DNA of 64,000 nucleotides, taken from contig JBFLXJ010000011.1 in NCBI GenBank assembly GCA_040757085.1, positions 36,086 through 100,085 of the forward strand. Reading direction: 5' to 3'. The notes below the pieces were generated by a model, which worked only from the letters and a program-made list of their open reading frames with translations, made no database searches and was not told the origin of the DNA. Of this stretch, positions 28,678 to 37,889 are shown piece after piece (position 1 is the stretch's first letter; every line of letters starts with the position of its first letter). The stretch comes from Bacillota bacterium (GTDB taxonomy: Bacteria > Bacillota > Sulfobacillia > JACIYH01). The position numbers and the translations under genes are program-made.

Positions 28678-29679
28678 ATGTTGGCTACAATGGACGTACA
28701 CAGGCAAGACGGTGTGCAGGAGGGGTTCTCGTTGAAGTGCACCGTGTGCAGGGGAGAGGCGGAGGTGAGGCTCCCTGCCCATAACTCCAAGTTCTGCCGG
28801 GAGCACTTCGACCGGTTCTTCTTGCGCCAGGTCGAGAAGGTTATCTCCGAGTTCAGGATGCTGGAGGCGGGGGCACCCGTGCTGGTGGCTGTGTCCGGAG
28901 GCAAGGACTCCCTGACCGTGGCCGATGTGCTGGCAAGGCTGGGATACTCCGTGGTGGGGCTGCACATCGACCTGGGGATCCACAGTGGCGGCTTCTCTGC
29001 TGCTTCACGGGAAGCAAGCGAACGGTTCTTTGCCCGCCTGGGCCGCCCCCTGCACATCCTCTCTCTGGAGGAGGAGTTTGGCCTGGGGGTGCCGCAGGTG
29101 GTGCGCAGGTTCGATCGGCCGTGCGCCGTATGCGGCCTGACCAAGCGGCACCTGCTCAACGAGTACGCTTACCGGCACGGGTTTACGGCTCTGGCCACCG
29201 GCCACCACCTGGATGACCTGTCGAGCACCCTGCTCGCCAACGTCCTGCGCTGGGACACGAGGTACCTGCGCAAGACGCTGCCGGTGCTCCCGGCCGGTGA
29301 CGGTCTGGCCAGGAAGATCAAGCCCCTGGCCTTCCTTACGGCGGAGGAGATCAGGACTTACGCCCGGTTCCGGGGGATCGAGCCGGTCCTGGGCAACTGT
29401 CCCTTTTCGGCGGAAGCCAAGTTCAAGAGATACGCCCGGCTTCTCGATGCCGTCGAAGACGAGTCTCCGGGCACCAAGCGGGGCTTTTACCAGAATTTCT
29501 TGCGTATCGCCTCCGTTTTTGCAGAGGCCGCCCCGGCTGCAGGGCAGGCCCCCCGGTCGGAGTTGCCCGAGCTACGCCGGTGCCGGGTGTGCGGTGCCCC
29601 CACTCCCTCAGAAGTGTGTGCCTTCTGCCGCATCTGGCGACCGGACCGCGCGAAGGCGGTTGGTGCCGCCCATGGCTAG
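28678..29679 (+). CDS. PP-loop ATPase, TtuA/NcsA-like tRNA 2-thiolation enzyme with N- and C-terminal zinc fingers
   Basis: SGGKDS PP-loop, CTVCRGE...CREH and CRVCGAP...CAFC zinc-finger pairs, internal CAVCGLTKRH. Confidence 0.65.
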   Translation: MLATMDVHRQDGVQEGFSLKCTVCRGEAEVRLPAHNSKFCREHFDRFFLRQVEKVISEFRMLEAGAPVLVAVSGGKDSLTVADVLARLGYSVVGLHIDLGIHSGGFSAASREASERFFARLGRPLHILSLEEEFGLGVPQVVRRFDRPCAVCGLTKRHLLNEYAYRHGFTALATGHHLDDLSSTLLANVLRWDTRYLRKTLPVLPAGDGLARKIKPLAFLTAEEIRTYARFRGIEPVLGNCPFSAEAKFKRYARLLDAVEDESPGTKRGFYQNFLRIASVFAEAAPAAGQAPRSELPELRRCRVCGAPTPSEVCAFCRIWRPDRAKAVGAAHG

Positions 29680-30290
29680 CAGATGACCTGGCGGAGGAGG
29701 CAGGCAAGAGAAGCCAGGTCTTGCTCCAGGGTGATTTTGAGTTCTTCCCGGTAAAACACGGCGGCGGGATGGTGGGTGGCGAAGATGATGCGTCCGTCCC
29801 GCTCCAGGGGGCGGCCACGCACCTCGCTGAGCTTGAATCCCGGGCCCAGGACGGCCCTGACCGCCGCCGTCCCCTGGGGGCAGATGATGCGTGGCCGTAT
29901 GATCTGGATTTGGGGCCAGAGGTAGTGACGGGCGCACACTTCGATTTCTGACGCCCTGGGCGTGCGGTTTCCCGGCGGCCGGCACTTCACAGCCCCGGTG
30001 ATGAATATCTCCTGCCGATCCAGCCCGGCTCCCTCCAGCAGGTGATCGAGCAGGTGACCGGTGTTGCCGACGTACGGGCGGCCGGTCTCATCTTCCTTTT
30101 CGCCGGGGGCTTCTCCCACCAGGACCAGCGCCGCATCCGGCGGGCCTTCGCCCGGCACGGCCAGGCGGCGCGACTCGCCCAGGGGGCACAGGTAACAACG
30201 CAGCGCCTCCTCCGCCAGGGCCTGCAGGCGCTGCCCCCGCTCGGCCCTCATTGCTCCACCTGCCCGGCCGATGGTGCTCTCCTCCCTCAT
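29676..30290 (-). CDS. uracil-DNA glycosylase, family 4 (Fe-S type)
   Basis: CxxC near N-term (CYLCPL), GEAPGEKEDETGRPYVGNTG motif, C-terminal CRPPGNRTP; start taken at internal ATG 30288-30290 (MREEST...), long upstream extension in six-frame track rejected. Confidence 0.7.
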   Translation of the reverse strand: MREESTIGRAGGAMRAERGQRLQALAEEALRCYLCPLGESRRLAVPGEGPPDAALVLVGEAPGEKEDETGRPYVGNTGHLLDHLLEGAGLDRQEIFITGAVKCRPPGNRTPRASEIEVCARHYLWPQIQIIRPRIICPQGTAAVRAVLGPGFKLSEVRGRPLERDGRIIFATHHPAAVFYREELKITLEQDLASLACLLRQVIC

Positions 30291-31144
30291 TTCTCCACCC
30301 GGCCGGCCAGGGGCGTGGTGTGGGCCTCCAGCACCGTCCGGGCGGTGACCAGAGGAGTAGGCCAGGTTAGCTCCAGCAACTCCCTGATCATGCGTCCGTT
30401 GATGACCGCCTGCCCTCGGCGGTGGTTGTTCATGCTCACGAATACCTTCCCCGCCTGCCGGTCCAGGAGGCGGATGCGAGGCACCCACTCGGCCAGTTCC
30501 TCCCGCGTGTACAGGTAATCGTAGCGTTCCGAAGGTTCTTCGTGGTGCCACCATTTCTGGTAGTTGCGCCCGTGGAAGCGAACATAGGCCACATCTGCCG
30601 TCGCACGCACTGCAGGGGGCACCAGGGTGCGGAATGCTGGTTCGTCCACACAGGTGAACCCCAGTCCGGTTTCTCTGAGGAGTTCGAACACATCCTCGCG
30701 CAGCCACTCCTGGTGACGGAATTCGACCACGGCCGGAGTCCCGTTGAGGTCCTGCCCCAGTTGCCGGACCAACATCGTGTTTTCGCCGTTGCAGCGGAAG
30801 CTGGTGGGAAACTGAAGCAGGACGCAGCCCAGGCGTCCCTCCTGGCGCAGGGGGTCCAGCGCCTGGAGCAGGGTGCGCAGGTCTTGCCGGGGTTTTTCCC
30901 GCTCGTGGGTGATGCCCCGGTATGCTTTCACGGCGAAGGAAAAGCGAGGAGGAGTCATCCTGGTCATGTTCCGCAGCATGTGCGGGCTGGGTTGCCGGTA
31001 GTAGGTGGTATTCAGTTCCACGAAGTCGAATTCCCGGCTGTAGAATTCCAGCATGCGGTTTTTGGGCAGGTCCGGCGGATAGAACACGCCCCGCCAGTCA
31101 TCGTACGAGTAGCCTCCTGTCCCCACCAGGATCATCTTCATCAC
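30287..31144 (-). CDS. DUF72 family protein
   Basis: 285 aa, DUF72-type conserved blocks (ILVGTGGYSYDDWRGVFYP, VAYVRFHGRNY, KVFVSMNNH); stop overlaps UDG start (ATGA). Confidence 0.7.
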   Translation of the reverse strand: MMKMILVGTGGYSYDDWRGVFYPPDLPKNRMLEFYSREFDFVELNTTYYRQPSPHMLRNMTRMTPPRFSFAVKAYRGITHEREKPRQDLRTLLQALDPLRQEGRLGCVLLQFPTSFRCNGENTMLVRQLGQDLNGTPAVVEFRHQEWLREDVFELLRETGLGFTCVDEPAFRTLVPPAVRATADVAYVRFHGRNYQKWWHHEEPSERYDYLYTREELAEWVPRIRLLDRQAGKVFVSMNNHRRGQAVINGRMIRELLELTWPTPLVTARTVLEAHTTPLAGRVEK

Positions 31145-34100
31145 CCCGCCTAGCTTTCTCCCCCAGGGCCGATGCTAAAAGACGCCAGTGACCGCCTCGC
31201 CGTTCCAGCCTCCCCCGGACCGTCAGGTGCCTGGGGTCGATCTCCAGGGCGTCCCTCTCGTATATCCTGGCGGGTACGTGCACGTGCACCATTTCGCGTC
31301 CGGTATCAACCAGCAGCACCAGGCGGTAAGCCCCTCTTGCTGCGGGAATGCGTTCCCCTTGCACCACCCTCCCCTCGAGCACTACCTCCTCGCCCTCCCG
31401 GGCGGCGAGTCCTTCCCGTTTCAATACTTGCCTGCCCTGGCGGGCGGCTTCTGCCTCGTGCCATGCGGCCACCAGGGAGGAGAGGGCGGTAGCCGATACC
31501 TTGTCCCGCAGGCGGGCAGCGAGGTCCTGGGGAGATCGGAACTCTCCACCGCTGGCCCGTTCCCGCAAGCAGGCCAGCGCCGCCTGGAAACCTATACCCG
31601 GGAGGGAGAGAAGCCCGGCGCGGATAGCTCCTTCTTCCACCCGCCAGAACGCCCCGCTGTGGTTGGGGTGGGGCGGCAGGACGGCGATTCCCAGGCGCCT
31701 GGCCTCGTACGCGTAGAGTGCGGGCGGATAGTACCCGCCGGGATTGGAAAGGAGGGCGGCCAGGTAGGGGGCAGGGTAGTGGGCCTTGAGGTACGCGGCC
31801 TGGTAGGCCAGGCGCGCGTAGCAGGTGGCGTGAGCGCGGTTGAAGGTGTATCCGGCTGCCCTGCGCAGCCAGCGGAAGGCCTCCCGGGCCTCGGCCTCGG
31901 CTATCCCCTGGTTGAGGGTACCCCGTATGAACCGGGATTCCCACTCCCGGATTTCATGACCGGGCTGGCGCTGCGCCTTTTCCAGGGCGCGTCGCATCAG
32001 GTCGGCTTCTCCCAGGCTCATTCCGGCCAGGCGGTGACCAGCTTCCATGACCTGTTCCTGGTACACCAGGATTCCACCGGTGGACCCCAGGATGGGCCTC
32101 AAACAGGGAGGAAGCCCTCCGGTGTGCGTGGGCGCCCCCGGTCTGCGTGCCCTCAGGGGTCCTGGTTTGTATGAGGCGATGGCGATGGCCAGGTCTCGCA
32201 GGGAGCGGGGCCGCATGCGCTCTAGCAGGTTACGGACCCCCTCGCTTTCCAGCTGGAAGCAGCCCACCGTCTGGCCGGTGGCTACGAGCTCCCAGGTGAG
32301 CGGGTCGTGCGGGTCGAGGTCTTCCAGTGAGAAGGACGGCTCGGTCTGCCTCACCATGCGCACCGTGTCGCTGGCCACCGTGAGGTGCCGCAATCCCAGC
32401 ACGTCCAGCTTGGGCAGACCCAGCATTTCCAGGGAGTCGGCGTCGTACTGGCTGACCGGTTGGCCGTCGGGAGCGACATACAGGGGCAGCATCTCTTCTT
32501 TGCCGGGCGGGACAGCGATTATGCCCGAAGGATGACGGGATCGGCCCACCGGTATGCCCTCCAGGAGCGCGGCCGCTCCAAACAGGGTGCGAAACGGCTC
32601 CCGGTCCCGGGGGATGGCCCGCAATTCTGGCACTGCGTCCAGGGCGTGGGCCAGGGCGCCCGGTCCCCGTTCCCGGGGCAAGGCGGCTGTCAGGGCACCG
32701 ATCTGCTCGGCGGGCAGGCCCAGGGCTTTCCCCACCAGGCGCAGGGCCGAACGGGCACCCAGGGTGGTGAAGGTGACCACTCCCAGCGCGCCGGCTTCCC
32801 CGGTGAGCATTTGGATGACGTCCGGGCGGCGGCGCTGGCACACATCCATGTCGATGTCGGGCAGGTCGGGCCTTTCGGGATTCAAGAATCGTTCGAACAG
32901 CAGCCCTTCCTCCAGGGGATCCACGTCGGTGATCCCCAGGCAGTAGCACACCAGGCTCCCCGCCGCCGAGCCGCGCCCTGGCCCTACCGGGATTCCCTCC
33001 TGCCGGCACCACGACGCCACCTGGTGCGCCAGCAGGAAGTAGTCGGCGAGGTGGCGGGCGAGGATGATTTCCAGTTCGCGTTGCAGGCGGGGAGCCACCC
33101 CGGTGGGTTCCCCGGCCGGATAGCGCCACCGCCTCCCCTGTTCGACCAGGTACCGGAGGATATCCCCTGACCCGGCGGACCCGGGGGAGTTGCTGGACCC
33201 GGCAGAGGTGACGGTGAACGGCTGGAGTTCCCAGCGGCACTCCTGCGCGATGGCCAGCGTACGGGCGAGAGCCTCTTGCCTCACCGGGCCAGGCAGGAAG
33301 GCCAGCCGTCGGCTCATTTCCTTTTCCGAACAAAGCCAGAGGTCACCTGGTTTCCCAGCTGCAGAGGTGGGCCCACCCCTGCCGGCCAGCAACAGGCGTC
33401 GCATCAGGGCCTCACGGCGCTCGGCGTAGTGGACGTCGGCCGTGGCCACCACGGGGATGCCCGCCTCCTGAGCCAGTTCGACCAGGCCGCGCAGCAGGTG
33501 CTCCATGGGAGGCTGGCGGCGTTTCCCGGCAGGTTGGGGGGCTTCGGCGGCGGGCGAGACCTGTTCCCCGGTAAAGAGCGTGGCCGGTAGCTCGACGAAG
33601 AACGCCCCTGGGAAGATTTCCGCAAGCAGGCGTGCCGTGCACATGGCCCGGTTGCGTTGACCCGCTGCGAGCAGCCGGACCAGGGGTCCTCGGTGGGAGC
33701 CGCTCAGGCACAACAGTCCCCCCGCGTTTTGCCACAGCAGCGACAGGGGCAGGGGGCGGCCCGCACCGCCCCCATCCCCTCCGCGGCCCAAGCCTCGCGA
33801 GCCGCCCGCACCGCCCGCGGGCCCCCCGCGGCTGGCGCCACCCCGGTGGCCCCCGTCGTCGTGACGGTATCCCTGAGTGGCGCTGCTCAGGCGGCACAGG
33901 TTGCGGTAACCCGTCTCATCGCGGCATAGGAGAACCAGGTGGAAGGGATCCGCCCCTGGTACCTCTGCGTTGCCAGCTTCCCCATCTGGCCAAAAGGAGA
34001 ACTCAATCCCCACCACTGGGCGTATGCCCTGGCGCCGGCAGGCGGCCACGAATGCCGGCACGCCATGGAGGACGCCATGGTCGGTGAGGGCCAGGGCGGG

Positions 34101-34214
34101 CATGCCGAGGGATGCAGCCCTCTTCGCCAGAGCCTCGGGAGGGGTGGGGGAATCGAAGAAGCTATAATGGCTTTGAACGTGCAGGTGTACGAACATCTCC
34201 CCTAGTTTTCCCAT
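31098..34214 (-). CDS. dnaE: DNA polymerase III alpha subunit (DnaE-type, PHP domain N-terminus)
   Basis: N-terminal PHP motif FVHLHVQSHYSFFDS...LALTDHGVLHG; polymerase core motifs; ~1040 aa; contains Gly/Arg-rich low-complexity insert. Confidence 0.8.
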   Translation of the reverse strand: MGKLGEMFVHLHVQSHYSFFDSPTPPEALAKRAASLGMPALALTDHGVLHGVPAFVAACRRQGIRPVVGIEFSFWPDGEAGNAEVPGADPFHLVLLCRDETGYRNLCRLSSATQGYRHDDGGHRGGASRGGPAGGAGGSRGLGRGGDGGGAGRPLPLSLLWQNAGGLLCLSGSHRGPLVRLLAAGQRNRAMCTARLLAEIFPGAFFVELPATLFTGEQVSPAAEAPQPAGKRRQPPMEHLLRGLVELAQEAGIPVVATADVHYAERREALMRRLLLAGRGGPTSAAGKPGDLWLCSEKEMSRRLAFLPGPVRQEALARTLAIAQECRWELQPFTVTSAGSSNSPGSAGSGDILRYLVEQGRRWRYPAGEPTGVAPRLQRELEIILARHLADYFLLAHQVASWCRQEGIPVGPGRGSAAGSLVCYCLGITDVDPLEEGLLFERFLNPERPDLPDIDMDVCQRRRPDVIQMLTGEAGALGVVTFTTLGARSALRLVGKALGLPAEQIGALTAALPRERGPGALAHALDAVPELRAIPRDREPFRTLFGAAALLEGIPVGRSRHPSGIIAVPPGKEEMLPLYVAPDGQPVSQYDADSLEMLGLPKLDVLGLRHLTVASDTVRMVRQTEPSFSLEDLDPHDPLTWELVATGQTVGCFQLESEGVRNLLERMRPRSLRDLAIAIASYKPGPLRARRPGAPTHTGGLPPCLRPILGSTGGILVYQEQVMEAGHRLAGMSLGEADLMRRALEKAQRQPGHEIREWESRFIRGTLNQGIAEAEAREAFRWLRRAAGYTFNRAHATCYARLAYQAAYLKAHYPAPYLAALLSNPGGYYPPALYAYEARRLGIAVLPPHPNHSGAFWRVEEGAIRAGLLSLPGIGFQAALACLRERASGGEFRSPQDLAARLRDKVSATALSSLVAAWHEAEAARQGRQVLKREGLAAREGEEVVLEGRVVQGERIPAARGAYRLVLLVDTGREMVHVHVPARIYERDALEIDPRHLTVRGRLERRGGHWRLLASALGEKARRGDEDDPGGDRRLLVR

Positions 34215-34340
34215 GCCTTGGTTGCAGGGTGGGGGTACTGGGCCCTCCAAATGCTGAAACTGAAGGTAAGATGTGGGCCGGTGGCGAATCCTTCCTGTGA
34301 TCAATTGGGGGCCAGTGTGCCCGTCAAGGGGGGGCTTGGG

Positions 34341-34973
34341 GTGCTGGTACGCGATCGCATGTCAAAAGACCTGGTGACGGTGTCACCTTCCACTCCCGTT
34401 CCCGAGGCCTTGCGCATGATGGAGCAAAGGCGCATCCGGCGACTGCCCGTGGTTCAGGATGGCCGGTTGGTCGGAATTGTCACCCTGCTCGACCTGTTCC
34501 GGGTGTCTCCTTCTCCGGCCACCAGCCTCAGCATCTGGGAATTGAACTACCTGATTGCGCGGCTCCCGGTGGAAGAGGCTATGACACGCAAGGTCATTAC
34601 GGTATCGCCGGATGCCACTCTGGAGGAAGCCGCTCTGCTCATGCGGCACCACCGGGTGGGCGGTTTGCCGGTGGTGGAAGACGGCCGACCTGTGGGCATA
34701 ATCACGGAGACGGACATATTCGATGCCTTCCTCGATCTGATGGGGCTGCGGCAGCCCGGTCTGCGCGTGACACTGGTATTGCCCGACAGGGTGGGCATGC
34801 TGGCGAGCGTGACTGCCATCTGCCGGGATCACGGCGTGAATATTGTCAGCGTGGCTTCTTTCCCGCCCCACGAGGGTGAGGCCAGGATCATCATGCGCCT
34901 GTCCGGCGAACAGGCGAGCAAGGCGGTGGAAGCTATCAGGGATGCCGGCTACCGGGTAGCCGATGTTCGCTGA
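34341..34973 (+). CDS. CBS-pair + ACT domain protein (AcuB-like)
   Basis: two CBS motifs (RRLPVVQDGRLVGIVT; GGLPVVEDGRPVGIITETD) then ACT-like C-terminus; GTG start after AGGGGG. Confidence 0.7.
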   Translation: MLVRDRMSKDLVTVSPSTPVPEALRMMEQRRIRRLPVVQDGRLVGIVTLLDLFRVSPSPATSLSIWELNYLIARLPVEEAMTRKVITVSPDATLEEAALLMRHHRVGGLPVVEDGRPVGIITETDIFDAFLDLMGLRQPGLRVTLVLPDRVGMLASVTAICRDHGVNIVSVASFPPHEGEARIIMRLSGEQASKAVEAIRDAGYRVADVR

Positions 34974-35937
34974 ACTTTGTCAGCAGGGCGGCTGACTCGG
35001 TCAGGGCCTGCAGTTCCTCGGCTGCCAGGGGTAGGGCCAGCACCTGTTCCCTTCCTCTCCTGCCCACTATGGTGGGAAGGCTGAGGCAGACGTCACCCAG
35101 GCCGTAGGCTCCTTCGACCAGGCCGGAGACTGTCAGTACGGAATGCTCATCGTTCAGGATGGCCTCCAGGATGCGGCGCAGTACCACTGCGATGGCGTAG
35201 TACGTGGCGCCCTTGCGTGAGATCACTTGTTGAGCAGCTTCCCGTACGCGGGCAAAAAAGGCGCTGCGGTCCCCTATGTGCTTTCCGGTCAGAGCTTCGA
35301 ACTCGGATACGGTGAAGCCGGCCACCGTGGCCCGGCTCCACAGTGGTACTTCGGTATCGCCATGTTCTCCTACCACATAGGCGTGGACGTTGCGGGGATC
35401 TACCCCGAAGTGATGACCCAGGGCCTGGCGGAAGCGCGCACTATCCAGCACCGTACCGGATCCGATGACCCGTGAGGGCGACCATCCCGTCAGCCGGAGG
35501 GCAGCCAGGGTGAGAACGTCCACGGGGTTGGAAACCATCAACAGGATGGCCTGGGGGCAGGCGGTCAGCAGAGGTAGTGAATCACGCAAAACCTCCAGGT
35601 TTTGCTCCACCAGGTCGAGGCGGCTCTGCCCCGGTCGTTGCGCAGCCCCAGCGCAAAACAGTACGAGGTCTGCATCCCGGCAGTCTTCATAACCGCCCGC
35701 TCTCACCTCCACGGGTGCCGTCAGGGGACTGCCATGCACCAGGTCCAGCGCATGTCCTTCGGCCCTGGCCCTGTCCACGTCTACCAGGACCAGACGGCGG
35801 GCCAGGCCCGAGAGCATGATGGTGTAAGCTGCGGTGGAGCCCACATACCCTGCCCCCACTATGGCCACTTTGGGCCCGGAATCAGTGCCCATTCCTCCAT
35901 CACCGTTTCCAGTATGTGCAGGCACATCCGCGTCCAT
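34936..35937 (-). CDS. ldh: L-lactate dehydrogenase
   Basis: KVAIVGAGYVGSTAAYTIM NAD fold, LVDVD...G.ALDL, catalytic-loop region GEHGDTEVPLWS; start uncertain (35937 or 35892). Confidence 0.8.
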   Translation of the reverse strand: MDADVPAHTGNGDGGMGTDSGPKVAIVGAGYVGSTAAYTIMLSGLARRLVLVDVDRARAEGHALDLVHGSPLTAPVEVRAGGYEDCRDADLVLFCAGAAQRPGQSRLDLVEQNLEVLRDSLPLLTACPQAILLMVSNPVDVLTLAALRLTGWSPSRVIGSGTVLDSARFRQALGHHFGVDPRNVHAYVVGEHGDTEVPLWSRATVAGFTVSEFEALTGKHIGDRSAFFARVREAAQQVISRKGATYYAIAVVLRRILEAILNDEHSVLTVSGLVEGAYGLGDVCLSLPTIVGRRGREQVLALPLAAEELQALTESAALLTKFSEHRLPGSRHP

Positions 35938-36209
35938 GCCCCAGCATCGGCTGGCGGCTGGAGTCCGGTGACCGGTCAGCGGGACGACCGGAGTGCCAGG
36001 ACCGTTGCGGGGGGCGTGTTCTGTTCTGAGTTGCGGGGAAGCAAGAGGAAATACCGGGTGGCGGTGGAACATAGTAATGCCGGGGGGATACCGTGGACTG
36101 GAGTCGCATTTTGGGTTGGGGATCGCCCATCGGTCTGGGTTTCTTCCTCGTTTGTTTGGCTATTTTCTTCTGGGGTTTCAGAAGCGGGACGGGCAGGCGA
36201 TAGGGCCCG

Positions 36210-37505
36210 GTGTGTTCCGATGACGGTTCGCAGGGGCTGCGTAAGGAAGTAGACCTGGGCAAGGCAGGAGCCCCAGTTCAGGTGTGCAGGGTCAGCCTGG
36301 TTCGTGCCAGCCAGGAACAGGCAGTCCGGCGCGCTGTGCAACTGGCCGGGGCGCTTGACCTGATGGTGGGGTCCGGGAGTCGGGTACTGATCAAGCCCAA
36401 CCTGGTGGCCGTGCCTCCGCACCCGCGCAACGGGGCGGTCACGTGGGTCGAGGTGGTCCGCGCGGTGGCCGACGTGGTGCGGGACATGGGGGGGCGTCCT
36501 GTCATCGCCGATTCGGCGGCGGTGGGGGCCTGCACCGAGGACGTCGTGGCCGTCTGCGGCTATGGTGCTCTCCGGGAGAAGGGATACCCGGTGCTGGACC
36601 TCAAGGACACCGAGGAAGTCGAGGTGGCGGTACCGGGCGGCGTCGTCCTTTCTCACCTGGTGACGTACCGGCCCGTGCTGGAGGCAGACCTGGTGGTGAG
36701 CGTGCCGGTCCTCAAAACCCACGACCAGTTGGGAGCCAGCCTGGCCATCAAGAATCTCAAGGGACTGCTCGCCGACCGGGACAAGAAGCGTCTGCACGCG
36801 GTGGGCGTGGTGGAGGGAGTATGTGACCTCCTCACCGTCCTGCCCCCCCTGTATGCAGTGGTGGACGGCACCGTGGGCCAGGAAGGACTGGGACCGGTGT
36901 TCGGGCGTCCGGTTCCTCTGGGGGTCGTGCTGGCGGGGGCCGACCTGGTAGCGGTCGATACGGTGGCGGGATGGATCATGGGCTTCGGGCCCGGGGAGCT
37001 GCCGCTTTCCCGCCGGGCAGCGGAACGGGGCCTGGGATGCGGGGATCTGGAGGCCATAGAGGTGACGGGGGAGGATCCTGCTCGGGTACGCCGGCGGTTT
37101 GTACGGGCAGAAGAGGATGTCTCCCTGGACATCCCCGGCTTCCGGGTAGTGTTCGCACCGCGGACCTGCACGGGGTGCCACCACACCGTGCTTTCCGTGG
37201 TGGCGGAGATCACAGGGGAGGGACGGACGGCCGCTCTGCACGGCAAGACGGTGGTGGCGGGGCGGCTTTCCCCTGCGGACGTGCAAGGCTTTGACCAGGA
37301 TAGGCGCGGGAGTGCAGCGGATTGTCCCGGTGGATGCAGCAGCCCCCGGTTTTTCCCTTGCCCCGGCGAGCCTTACGAGAAGAATGTGGTGCTGGTGGGA
37401 AACTGCCTGGCTGAGCATGCCCGCCTGGGAAGCTGCTGGGTGAGGGGATGCCCACCCCACAACGCCTGGGTCAAGGATGCCTTACTGCGGGGTCCCGGCC
37501 CCTGA
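36210..37505 (+). CDS. DUF362 domain protein (putative Fe-S/ Cys-rich C-terminus)
   Basis: DUF362-type core (VLIKPNLVAV...PVLKTHDQLGASLAIKNLKG) and C-terminal Cys cluster; start uncertain. Confidence 0.6.
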   Translation: MCSDDGSQGLRKEVDLGKAGAPVQVCRVSLVRASQEQAVRRAVQLAGALDLMVGSGSRVLIKPNLVAVPPHPRNGAVTWVEVVRAVADVVRDMGGRPVIADSAAVGACTEDVVAVCGYGALREKGYPVLDLKDTEEVEVAVPGGVVLSHLVTYRPVLEADLVVSVPVLKTHDQLGASLAIKNLKGLLADRDKKRLHAVGVVEGVCDLLTVLPPLYAVVDGTVGQEGLGPVFGRPVPLGVVLAGADLVAVDTVAGWIMGFGPGELPLSRRAAERGLGCGDLEAIEVTGEDPARVRRRFVRAEEDVSLDIPGFRVVFAPRTCTGCHHTVLSVVAEITGEGRTAALHGKTVVAGRLSPADVQGFDQDRRGSAADCPGGCSSPRFFPCPGEPYEKNVVLVGNCLAEHARLGSCWVRGCPPHNAWVKDALLRGPGP

Positions 37506-37612
37506 ACAGGCGGGTCAGAGCGCGAATATCATTGCGAATATCATTCCCTGCCCCCCAGTCTACTCGGCCGGGTAGGGCCCCGGTCGGCCCGGTCGCGGCC
37601 CCGGCCGGCTGG

Positions 37613-37641
37613 TTGACAGAAGTGGTAGGCTGTGCTATAGT
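37613..37641 (+). promoter_or_regulatory. sigma-A type promoter (TTGACA-17 nt-TATAGT, with TGn extended -10)
   Basis: TTGACA at 37613-37618, TATAGT at 37636-37641, 17-nt spacer; ~30 nt upstream of riboswitch. Confidence 0.6.
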
Positions 37642-37669
37642 GGGCGCCAAACACAATACGGGTCGGGGG

Positions 37670-37811
37670 ACTCTTATCCAGAGCGGCGGAGGGACTGGCC
37701 CGATGAAGCCCGGCAACCGGTCACGGGGCTAAGGCCGGCGACGGCCCCAGCCCGAGAGCGTGATGACGGTGCCAACTCCTGCGGAACCCCACGGTTCCGA
37801 GAGATGAGAGG
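37670..37811 (+). ncRNA. SAM-I (S-box) riboswitch
   Basis: matches S-box consensus blocks: CTCTTATCcAGAGcGGCGGAGGGACTGGCCCGATGAAGCCCGGCAACC ... GGTGCCAACTCCTGCGG ... GAGAGATGAGAGG. Confidence 0.85.
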
Positions 37812-37821
37812 TCCGGCTGGA

Positions 37822-37849
37822 CGCCTCTTCCTCTCGGAGAGGCGTTTTT
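37822..37849 (+). terminator. riboswitch expression-platform intrinsic terminator
   Basis: CGCCTCTTCCTCTCGGAGAGGCG hairpin followed by TTTTT; 5' arm can alternatively pair with the riboswitch P1 3' strand (antiterminator). Confidence 0.7.
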
Positions 37850-37889
37850 CGTTCTCCGGGGCTCCCGGGGGTCCCCCACCCGGGAGGAG

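Noticed and set aside
30291-30707. N-terminal 139-aa extension of the UDG ORF in the six-frame track
   Set aside because: The extension is low complexity and overlaps the DUF72 coding region. Family-4 UDGs are ~200 aa, and the internal ATG at 30288-30290 gives a family-typical length with an ATGA coupling to DUF72.
31098-34214. Considered calling the polymerase an error-prone DnaE2/ImuC
   Set aside because: No imuA/imuB-like genes are adjacent. The N-terminal PHP region and length fit ordinary Firmicutes DnaE. The subfamily cannot be assigned without phylogeny.
34218-34340. N-terminal 41-aa extension of the CBS/ACT ORF
   Set aside because: It overlaps the dnaE 5' end. CBS-pair proteins start close to the first CBS motif, and a GTG at 34341 with an AGGGGG RBS fits better.
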